A model generated the notes under the pieces. That model saw only the letters and a program-made list of their open reading frames with translations, was not told where the DNA came from and ran no database searches. A stretch of 16,989 bases of DNA, from UHGV virus genome UHGV-0048692, one strand, 5' to 3'. The position numbers and the translations under genes are program-made. This DNA comes from a virus. Position 1 is the first letter of the stretch; each line of letters begins with the position of its first letter. Shown here one piece after another: positions 1 to 6,601 of the stretch.

Positions 1-1
1 G

Positions 2-106
2 CAGCACCTGGCACGGCTGGGACGGAAGTCGCTGTCGTTCTCAAAATCGGTGGAGCTGCATGACAAAGTCATCGGGCATTATCTGAACATAAAACACTAT
101 CAATAA
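2..106 (+). CDS. 3' end of an upstream gene truncated by the window edge (...[34 protein letters not shown])
   Basis: Frame 2 is open from the window start to a TAA at 104-106. It is in the same frame as the next ORF. Confidence 0.3.
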
Positions 107-133
107 GTTGGAGTCATTACCCAAATTTTAGGT

Positions 134-772
134 TTGTCAGCCATTCCTTTAGCCGTTGGCGGTGCTACAGTTTTAGAGGTTCTCAAGAAGCTTAACGGGC
201 GTAAGATCGACATAGTCGAGAAAGCTAACGGTAGTGACAAAGTTAAGCTGAAAGTCGATGGTGAAGAGATTGTTTGCTCTGAAGATGTCGAAAAAATCGT
301 TAATGCCCCAGAGATTCGTAAGGCTGTTGACGCGTTTGTCAGACAGCCTCTGTTACAAGATGGTATCGACAATTTTGTGGTAAAAAAATCGCGCACCTCT
401 AAGAAAGAAATCCTCAAAATTCATAAAGATGAGGCAGAAGAGTTTAAGTCGCCAAAAGTTCTCTTTGAAACCAAAGAAGAAGTTGACGAATTTGAAACAA
501 CCGTGACATTCGTTTCGGCGCATACTGACAAAAAAAGTGGCTGGCGTGTTGAGTTTGGCGGTGAAAAGCGCAATGTCAGAATGGAAGATAATGAGTTCAT
601 CAAGCTTGTTACTGGACCAGACGCCCCCAAAATTTTTGGCGAATTGTTTGCTGTGAAGATGAAGAAAATTGTGAAAGATTCCGGTGGCCAGGTAGACGAA
701 AAGTTATCGATCATCAAAGTGGGTCGACACTTTGCCGCCAAAGATAGAAAAATAAAACCTGATGCGGATTAA
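134..772 (+). CDS. Hypothetical charged (K/E/D-rich) soluble protein, 212 aa; cargo gene
   Basis: Long ORF in AT-rich region with a TTG start at 134. No in-frame ATG until residue 150 and no well-spaced SD. Stop overlaps the next gene's start context (TAAAAATG). Confidence 0.5.
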   Translation: MSAIPLAVGGATVLEVLKKLNGRKIDIVEKANGSDKVKLKVDGEEIVCSEDVEKIVNAPEIRKAVDAFVRQPLLQDGIDNFVVKKSRTSKKEILKIHKDEAEEFKSPKVLFETKEEVDEFETTVTFVSAHTDKKSGWRVEFGGEKRNVRMEDNEFIKLVTGPDAPKIFGELFAVKMKKIVKDSGGQVDEKLSIIKVGRHFAAKDRKIKPDAD

Positions 773-774
773 AA

Positions 775-1038
775 ATGTCTATAGATATTAGTGTGTTAGG
801 ATGGTTGGGGCTGCTTGTTGCAGCTCCAGCTATATTTATAGGTGCTAGAGTGGCTATACGTAGCCTGCTCGATCGAGTTATTGTCGAAACAAAAGTTTCT
901 ATCACTTATACTGATGCAAACAAAAATGTCTATAAAACAAATATTTATATAAACAATGATGATGAGTTAATAAAGCTCATCGATGATATAGCAGAGAAAA
1001 ATAAGCGTGAGAGGAAGGAGTCAGCCTCTCATGCCTGA
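775..1038 (+). CDS. Small membrane protein, 87 aa (N-terminal TM helix, charged C-terminal tail)
   Basis: ATG 3 nt after the upstream stop (translational coupling). Hydrophobic segment VLGWLGLLVAAPAIFIGARVAI. Confidence 0.5.
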   Translation: MSIDISVLGWLGLLVAAPAIFIGARVAIRSLLDRVIVETKVSITYTDANKNVYKTNIYINNDDELIKLIDDIAEKNKRERKESASHA

Positions 1039-1447
1039 ACAAAAGAAAACAAGCGGTAAAGCAGTCGGTGTTACAGGTGGCGGCGGTGTAGGCCTTTTCC
1101 TAATAAAGCTGGCTAGCTTCATTACAGATCCAACATGGAAAGACCTTTACATTGCTTCAATACCGATGGTGTCAATTCTTTTAAGCGAAGTTTTTACTTT
1201 TGCATGGACGATTTATGCTGTTGATCCGCAAGAAATCAAACTGAAAAGGCGGTTGAAGGCTCTGAAGAAGCAAGCCGAAGCAGTTTTAAATGCACCATCG
1301 TCCCCTGTTTCTCCAGAAATGCGAGAGAAAGCGCAGGCTCGTTACGACGTGATCTGTGGAATTGAAATGGGAATTTACCCCCTCTCAATTGTAAATACGC
1401 TAGATGGAAAAGTATCCCCCACAGCGCAAACGCCGGACGTTAAATAG
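1031..1447 (+). CDS. Small membrane protein, about 138 aa (Gly-rich segment GVTGGGGVG, one TM helix, basic coiled-coil-like tail)
   Basis: ATG at 1031 preceded by GGAAGGAG (1013-1020). The ORF track's earlier start at 1007 is GTG without an SD. Overlaps the previous gene by 8 nt. Confidence 0.5.
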   Translation: MPEQKKTSGKAVGVTGGGGVGLFLIKLASFITDPTWKDLYIASIPMVSILLSEVFTFAWTIYAVDPQEIKLKRRLKALKKQAEAVLNAPSSPVSPEMREKAQARYDVICGIEMGIYPLSIVNTLDGKVSPTAQTPDVK

Positions 1448-1510
1448 CAGTTTCTACTTTGCATGACTATGCTGCATGAAATCGCATGATCGTTTGAGGA
1501 TCGTTTTTGC

Positions 1511-1538
1511 AAAAGCCCGCCAGAACTGGCGGGCTTTT
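1511..1538. terminator. Bidirectional rho-independent terminator (AAAA-GCCCGCC-loop-GGCGGGC-TTTT)
   Basis: Perfect 7-bp GC stem flanked by an A-tract and a T-tract, about 65 nt downstream of the + strand operon. Confidence 0.6.
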
Positions 1539-1583
1539 GCGTAGAGCATGCATCTGCATGAAAACCACTACATAAAGCGGGCA

Positions 1584-1602
1584 GGCGTGGCGGGGATACG
1601 AG
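1584..1602. other. cos-like site (putative cohesive-end region of the P2-like phage)
   Basis: GGCGTGGCGGGGATACGAG followed by CGCGCGC resembles the P2/P4 cohesive end as I recall it (GGCGAGGCGGGGAAAGCAC then TGCGCGC), about 14 of 19 identical. It lies in the correct orientation relative to the portal gene. Confidence 0.4.
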
Positions 1603-1689
1603 CGCGCGCAATAGGGTTATGTACAATAAATTTTTGACGATCTTCGAGTGTTATTAGCTTGAGGCTGTCAGGGAAAATGAATACAATAA

Positions 1690-1721
1690 GAAGCGCCTAG
1701 CAGAATGTTACTAGGCGCTTC
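1690..1721 (-). terminator. Hairpin terminator for the - strand mini-ORF operon
   Basis: Perfect 11-bp inverted repeat GAAGCGCCTAG / CTAGGCGCTTC with a 10-nt loop, followed on the - strand by T-rich TTATTGTATT; 34 nt downstream of the last mini-ORF stop. Confidence 0.45.
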
Positions 1722-1754
1722 GAATATATAACCTGTATGACTTTCTTAACCTAC

Positions 1755-1862
1755 TTATCTTTTTGATTTCTTCTTCGTATCATCGTGATCGAATACTTGG
1801 CGGGTAGGCGGCTTGCTGGGTGGTGGCGGCGGCGGTAAATTAGATTTCTCATTTTTGCTCAT
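1755..1862 (-). CDS. Polyproline mini-protein 3 (35 aa, MSKNEKSNLPPPPPPSKPPTRQVFDHDDTKKKSKR)
   Basis: ATG overlaps the 3' end of mini-ORF 2 by 14 nt. Shares the PPPPPP-x-KPP-T/I-R motif and charged tail with the other two. Confidence 0.35.
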   Translation of the reverse strand: MSKNEKSNLPPPPPPSKPPTRQVFDHDDTKKKSKR

Positions 1863-1983
1863 CTTTATTTTTCCTATTTTTTGGATCATTGCCATAGCTT
1901 TCTCTAACTAACCGAGTGATTGGCGGTTTAGGTGGTGGTGGTGGTGGTGCTTCATTTTTTTTAGGATTTTTGTGTTCGGTCAT
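1849..1983 (-). CDS. Polyproline mini-protein 2 (44 aa, MTEHKNPKKNEAPPPPPPKPPITRLVRESYGNDPKNRKNKDEQK)
   Basis: Internal ATG at 1983 of the 62-aa track ORF, chosen because it aligns with the paralogues. Overlaps mini-ORF 1 by 23 nt. Confidence 0.35.
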   Translation of the reverse strand: MTEHKNPKKNEAPPPPPPKPPITRLVRESYGNDPKNRKNKDEQK

Positions 1984-2098
1984 TTTTATCGTCCTTTCTG
2001 TCTCTTCGTAGTTGCCTTGCTTTTGAATCATCTTCAATAACGATCCTTCTTGCGGGTGGAGTAGGCCGAGGAGGTGGTGGCGGTAACGGTTTGGTCAT
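1961..2098 (-). CDS. Polyproline mini-protein 1 (45 aa, MTKPLPPPPPRPTPPARRIVIEDDSKARQLRRDRKDDKNDRTQKS)
   Basis: ATG overlaps the stop of the 216-aa gene (TAATG). AGGAG lies 8 nt upstream of the ATG. Below the 60-aa cutoff of the ORF track. Confidence 0.4.
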   Translation of the reverse strand: MTKPLPPPPPRPTPPARRIVIEDDSKARQLRRDRKDDKNDRTQKS

Positions 2099-2748
2099 TA
2101 AGTTCTCCTGACATTTTCAATAGGTATTATCAAATAGTTAGGGGCGTTATTTTTCCGCGGTGATGCTGCATCTAAATCAGCTAAAAGAAATATGACTACT
2201 GCTGCGATAATTGGAATCCATGACCAGACAAGATACTTTGTTGACTCAAATAGTTTACTGGAACGTTCCTCATTGATATTACTGTTCCAGCTAGCACACT
2301 CTCTGATTTCTTGATGAATAAACTCCCAAAGTTTATTATCAGGGTTATAACTTTCATCGTATGTAAGTCCATTGTCATCGCAATATTTTTTATATTTCAC
2401 TTCGTAACTAATCAGATCTATGTGATAATCATGCAATGCTTTAGGTGCAGGGCAATACTTAAATTCATTTCCCCATATGACTTGTTTCAACAGAATTGAT
2501 GATACAAGAACTAAGCCAAATGAAATTGCGGTACATAAAAATACTAGGCAAGCTAGCCTTGGGTGGGATTCATAAGATGTGTTTTTGGCGAGATAAGTGA
2601 GTATAGTTGCGGTAATGACAACTAATCCGAATTCGGCTTGAGCGCGAGTATGTATCTTGTCTTTATTCTCAATTTCTGAGAAATAAAGTTTTTCGTAAAA
2701 TTCTAATGCTTTATCCTTTTTCATTTTTAGATTCAGTGTGATGTCCAT
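2098..2748 (-). CDS. Hypothetical integral membrane protein, 216 aa (two predicted TM helices flanking a Cys/Tyr/Asp-rich domain); cargo gene
   Basis: AT-rich ORF directly downstream of the Q terminator. Hydrophobic segments LACLVFLCTAISFGLVLVSSILL and LVWSWIPIIAAVVIFLLADL. No fold recognised. Confidence 0.55.
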   Translation of the reverse strand: MDITLNLKMKKDKALEFYEKLYFSEIENKDKIHTRAQAEFGLVVITATILTYLAKNTSYESHPRLACLVFLCTAISFGLVLVSSILLKQVIWGNEFKYCPAPKALHDYHIDLISYEVKYKKYCDDNGLTYDESYNPDNKLWEFIHQEIRECASWNSNINEERSSKLFESTKYLVWSWIPIIAAVVIFLLADLDAASPRKNNAPNYLIIPIENVRRT

Positions 2749-2770
2749 GTATCAAACATATCACGATAAC

Positions 2771-2798
2771 AAAAAAAGAAAAGCCGCAATTCTGCGGC
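2771..2798 (-). terminator. Rho-independent terminator downstream of portal gene Q
   Basis: On the - strand, GCCGCA-GAAT-TGCGGC followed by TTTTCTTTTTTT, immediately after the Q stop codon. Confidence 0.6.
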
Positions 2799-2808
2799 TG
2801 TTGGGAAG

Positions 2809-3843
2809 CTAATCTAGCGATAATTCGTAATTTGTGAACCCTATCGCGTTTTTATCCAGCCATTTATTAAGCTCCTCAAAGCGTCTCTGAAGCGGAATAA
2901 GTTCATTACGAACGAATACGCGGCTGGCCTTCTCCACATCCCCAAATCCCCCAACATTATTAGGCATAATCCCCATCATCTGCGGTGGCACACGATGCGC
3001 CGCCATCATGTCATCCCGGCTCACGTTCTTGATGTTCAGAAACTCATCCTTCGCCGCGACTTCTGACAGAGGAATGATCTGAAGCCCATCCTTTTTGCCG
3101 TTAGGCGAGTACATAAACAGGTTGCGGAAGTTACCCGGTCCTTTGGCGCTTTTCATCGCATTGCGGAGGTTGTTCACATCCTCCTGGTTCTGCGCGGCAT
3201 CGGTCATGTACATGATGAAGCCTGCATGACTACCGTTAATGTAATACTTCCGGCGGAACAGCGTGGCGGACTCGTTGAGCAAAGCGGATGGGATGGCAGA
3301 AAGATAGCCGGGCAGGCCGTAGATCTCCTGATTAATATCCGGTTCCATCAGATGAAAAATGCTGCCTTTCGTGAACTGATACGGCTGGGTTGTCATACCG
3401 TATTGCACAAACCAGTAGGTATCCAGGTCTAACCCGCGTCGGGTATATTTTGCCAGAGCAGGCTCAAGGGCGATAACTTCACCGAAGCGGTTCGTGCGTT
3501 TCTCCAGATAGGCGTTACCAAATACCAGATAGTCCTGCACAAAACGTGAAAAAGCCTGCTGGCTGAGCAGCGGGTGAGGGATGTAGGTACTGGTCAGTAT
3601 GTTGCATTTCACCGCAATTGGTGAACTGTGATGCACGGCAGCGCGGAAGGTGCGCGCCAGTCCGTCAAAGCTTACTGGCGGCTCATACCAGCGATCTGTC
3701 TGTACGCATTCCACATAGTCCAGCAGTTCTCGGCGGTCCAGAACAGGAACGGGATCGCCGAAGCTGAATGCTTCGGCTGTAGTTTGACTTTTAAGCTGGA
3801 TCTGTTTCGTCGCCGAAGCGCGGTTCTTCTTACTCTTTCCCAT
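2809..3843 (-). CDS. Q: Portal (capsid) protein, P2 gpQ-like, 344 aa
   Basis: Size and position identical to P2 Q. ATG at 3843 overlaps the P stop (ATGA); the track's 3846 start is TTG. Confidence 0.9.
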   Translation of the reverse strand: MGKSKKNRASATKQIQLKSQTTAEAFSFGDPVPVLDRRELLDYVECVQTDRWYEPPVSFDGLARTFRAAVHHSSPIAVKCNILTSTYIPHPLLSQQAFSRFVQDYLVFGNAYLEKRTNRFGEVIALEPALAKYTRRGLDLDTYWFVQYGMTTQPYQFTKGSIFHLMEPDINQEIYGLPGYLSAIPSALLNESATLFRRKYYINGSHAGFIMYMTDAAQNQEDVNNLRNAMKSAKGPGNFRNLFMYSPNGKKDGLQIIPLSEVAAKDEFLNIKNVSRDDMMAAHRVPPQMMGIMPNNVGGFGDVEKASRVFVRNELIPLQRRFEELNKWLDKNAIGFTNYELSLD

Positions 3844-5609
3844 CAAAAAATCTCCACAATATTGCTGGTATTGGCGGACTCGCCCTGCAGCGGTTCGTTA
3901 AACAGTGCGTGCATTGTTGCCCAGGCCAGATCGGCGTGGCTGGCTTCTTCGCTGCGGCTGGCTTCATAGGTCGGGCGGTTGCCGCTGGCGGTGGTGGCGC
4001 GACGGATTGCCATGAATGACTGCGCTATGTCGGTGTGTCCGGCGTCAAACTCCAGACGGCGGTGGCTGATAATGTCGTAGGCCTTGAGTACCAGGGCGTT
4101 TTTAACATTGGGGTTGTAGACAAACTCCCGGACGGCAGGAAAGAACGCTTTCACGTTCTCGTAAACCCCGTGGCCGACCCCAGTTGAGTCGATGCCGATA
4201 TAGGTCACGTTGTACTGTTCGGTCAGTTTTTTGATGGCGTCAGCCTGGGCGCGGAAGTCCATCCCGCGCCACTGGTGACGCTCAAGAATGCGGAACTTAC
4301 CACCCGGCACGGCTGGCGGTGCCACCACTACGCATCCGGCGCTGTCGCCGTTTTGCGTACCTTTTGCCGGGTCATAACCGATCCACACTTCGCGCCAGCC
4401 AAACGGGCGCAGCGCCAGTGCATGAAAGTCGGTCCAGACTTCCCAACTGTCCACCATGCACGCCTGCAGCTCGCTGAGCGGAAACACGGACGCGAGATCG
4501 TCCACAAACTCGCACATCAGCAGGTTCTGGTATTCGTCCGGGCTGTACTCCATGCGCAACTGGTCAAGGTCGAACAGGTTGCAGCCGCCGCGCACCGCAT
4601 CTTCCACGGTGACTATCTGGCGGTATTGCCCGTCTGCGCACAGCAGGCCGGGGGCCAGATTGCTGTGGGACAGGTCGATGTCCACCTTGTCAGCTTTGTT
4701 GCGTCCACGGTTGAACAGCGCACCGGACCAGAACGGATAAGCACTGTGGGTCAGGCTGGATGGCGTGGAAAAATAGGTTTGTCGCCATTTCTTGTGAATA
4801 GCCATCCCGGAAGCCACTTTGCGCAGCTCCTGGAATTTCGGTATCCAGAAATATTCATCCAGATACAGGTTGCCGTGATAACTCTGGGCCGTGCGGGCAT
4901 TGGTGCCGAGGAAGTAAAGCGTGGCCCCATTAGGAAGCACCATCGGATCGCCTTTTAGCTCCACCTCGACTTCTTTGGCGAAGTCGATGATGTATTGTTT
5001 AAAGACGTGGGCCTGTGCCTTACTGGCGGAAAGGAAAATCTGGTTACGTCCGGTAAGCAGGGCGTCAATCAGGGCTTCACGGGCAAAGTAAAAGGTCGCG
5101 CCGATCTGGCGTGACTTCAGCAGGTTGCGGATGCGGTTGGTTTTTCCGGCTTCCCACCAGTGGCGCTGGTAGTTGAACATGGAGGAATGGAAGATTTCTT
5201 CCAGCTTCTCAATCTGCTCATCGGTGAAAACATTCTTTTCCGGCTGACGGCGTGGGCCTTTGTTGCGGTTGGCGACGTTAGGGTTTAAGTCGGCTTCGTT
5301 GCCGCCATTGTTAAACTTGCCGATCCGCGCGTGGCGCTCCGACTGGCGCGCCAGCAGGTCAATCTCTTTGAAATCTTTCCCTTCTTTGTGCTCCTTCATA
5401 ATGAGCTGGCAGTAGCGTGCGGCGGTGGTGAGCTGCATCTGATCCAGCGGCCCATAGTCACCCCACTTGTCGCGTTTTTTCCAGCTGTGAACGGTTGCAA
5501 CTTTCTCGCCCAGCATTTCAGCAATGCGGGCTACGCGGTATCCCTGAAAGTACAGCAGCATGGCCTGCCGACGGGGATCGAGATCTGCGGGTGTCAGTGT
5601 GGTGTTCAT
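3843..5609 (-). CDS. P: Terminase large (ATPase) subunit, P2 gpP-like, 588 aa
   Basis: Size and position as P2 P. Divergent from O across a short intergenic region, as in P2. Confidence 0.9.
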   Translation of the reverse strand: MNTTLTPADLDPRRQAMLLYFQGYRVARIAEMLGEKVATVHSWKKRDKWGDYGPLDQMQLTTAARYCQLIMKEHKEGKDFKEIDLLARQSERHARIGKFNNGGNEADLNPNVANRNKGPRRQPEKNVFTDEQIEKLEEIFHSSMFNYQRHWWEAGKTNRIRNLLKSRQIGATFYFAREALIDALLTGRNQIFLSASKAQAHVFKQYIIDFAKEVEVELKGDPMVLPNGATLYFLGTNARTAQSYHGNLYLDEYFWIPKFQELRKVASGMAIHKKWRQTYFSTPSSLTHSAYPFWSGALFNRGRNKADKVDIDLSHSNLAPGLLCADGQYRQIVTVEDAVRGGCNLFDLDQLRMEYSPDEYQNLLMCEFVDDLASVFPLSELQACMVDSWEVWTDFHALALRPFGWREVWIGYDPAKGTQNGDSAGCVVVAPPAVPGGKFRILERHQWRGMDFRAQADAIKKLTEQYNVTYIGIDSTGVGHGVYENVKAFFPAVREFVYNPNVKNALVLKAYDIISHRRLEFDAGHTDIAQSFMAIRRATTASGNRPTYEASRSEEASHADLAWATMHALFNEPLQGESANTSNIVEIF

Positions 5610-5655
5610 GGCACAAACCTACAGCCTTGAATGAAGGCTTTCCCCGCCTGCGGTT

Positions 5656-5673
5656 TGTGTGGTTGTCGGTACA
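5656..5673. promoter_or_regulatory. TGT-N12-ACA dyad (Ogr/Delta-type late-activator site) in the divergent P/O promoter region
   Basis: TGTgtggttgtcggtACA, centred about 55 nt upstream of a plausible O transcription start. P2 late promoters carry this dyad near -55. Confidence 0.4.
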
Positions 5674-5751
5674 AATACCGCGCATTGTTTCACTGCCCCC
5701 ATCACCGCAACCATAAGGCTCCAGTAAGTTTTTTCTAACGGAGCACGGCTC

Positions 5752-6585
5752 ATGACAGTGAAAGCAAAGCGTTTTCGCATCGGGGTGGAAGGTGCCACCA
5801 CCGACGGACGCGAAATCCAGCGTGAATGGCTGGAACAGATGGCAGCCAGCTACAACCCGGCGGTGTATACCGCGCTGATTAACCTTGAGCACATCAAGTC
5901 TTATCTGCCGGACAGCACCTTTAACCGCTACGGCAAGGTGACGGCGCTATTTGCTGAAGAAATCACGGAAGGTCCGCTGGCAGGCAAGATGGCGCTGTAT
6001 GCCGACGTTGAGCCAACGGAATCCCTGGTGGAACTGGTGAAAAAAGGCCAGAAATTATTCACCTCTATGGAAGTCAGCCCGAAGTTTGCTGATACGGGCA
6101 AAGCCTACCTGGTCGGCCTGGCTGCCACTGATGACCCTGCCAGTCTGGGCACTGAAATGCTGACATTCAGCGCCAGTGCAGCCCATAACCCGCTGGCAAA
6201 CCGCAAGCAGAATCCCGCCAATCTTTTTACCGCTGCAGAGGAAACGGTGATCGAACTGGAAGAAATCCAGGATGACAAACCGTCCCTGTTTGCCCGTGTC
6301 ACGGCGCTGTTCACCAAAAAAGAGCAGTCCGATGACGCCCGGTTCTCTGATGTGCATAAGGCCGTGGAACTGGTCGCCACTGAGCAGCAGAACCTGAGTG
6401 CGCGCACCGAAAAATCCCTGTCTGAGCAGGAAGAACGCCTGTCTGAGCTGGAGACTGCCCTGCAGGCACAGCAGACCGCCTTTAACGAACTGGTGGACAA
6501 GCTGAGCCAAGAAGACAGCCGCCAGGACTACCGCCAGCGTGCAACAGGTGGTAACGCCCCCGCTGACACTCTGACCAATTGCTGA
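5752..6585 (+). CDS. O: Capsid scaffolding protein, P2 gpO-like, 277 aa
   Basis: Position and size (P2 O about 284 aa). Acidic coiled-coil C-terminal part typical of scaffolds. Confidence 0.85.
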   Translation: MTVKAKRFRIGVEGATTDGREIQREWLEQMAASYNPAVYTALINLEHIKSYLPDSTFNRYGKVTALFAEEITEGPLAGKMALYADVEPTESLVELVKKGQKLFTSMEVSPKFADTGKAYLVGLAATDDPASLGTEMLTFSASAAHNPLANRKQNPANLFTAAEETVIELEEIQDDKPSLFARVTALFTKKEQSDDARFSDVHKAVELVATEQQNLSARTEKSLSEQEERLSELETALQAQQTAFNELVDKLSQEDSRQDYRQRATGGNAPADTLTNC

Positions 6586-6601
6586 TGGAGCACAAAACCT
6601 G

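Noticed and set aside
100-741. Two - strand ORFs (105 and 106 aa) antisense to the 212-aa cargo gene
   Set aside because: The + strand ORF is longer and is coupled to downstream genes. The antisense frames are Ser/Thr-rich low-complexity translations.
1849-2037. Long 62-aa form of mini-ORF 2 and the earlier track starts at 1007, 8347, 9719 and 13372
   Set aside because: The upstream extensions lack an SD, overlap the preceding genes extensively or start at non-ATG codons. Internal starts with an SD give proteins matching paralogue or P2 sizes.
1812-2090. Three GGT/GGC-rich tracts spaced about 110-130 bp apart on the + strand, considered as a CRISPR-like array or G-quadruplex repeat
   Set aside because: They are the CCN proline codons of the three mini-ORFs on the - strand. 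The units are not identical at DNA level, there are no regular spacers, and no cas genes are present.
4275-4958. 227-aa + strand ORF, plus other ORFs of 60-130 aa, lying antisense or out of frame inside terminase gene P
   Set aside because: Entirely contained within a well-supported 588-aa gene on the other strand. Long antisense ORFs are expected in GC-rich coding sequence.
6055-6510. Two overlapping - strand ORFs (151 and 131 aa) inside scaffold gene O
   Set aside because: Antisense to a conserved late gene, with no independent support.
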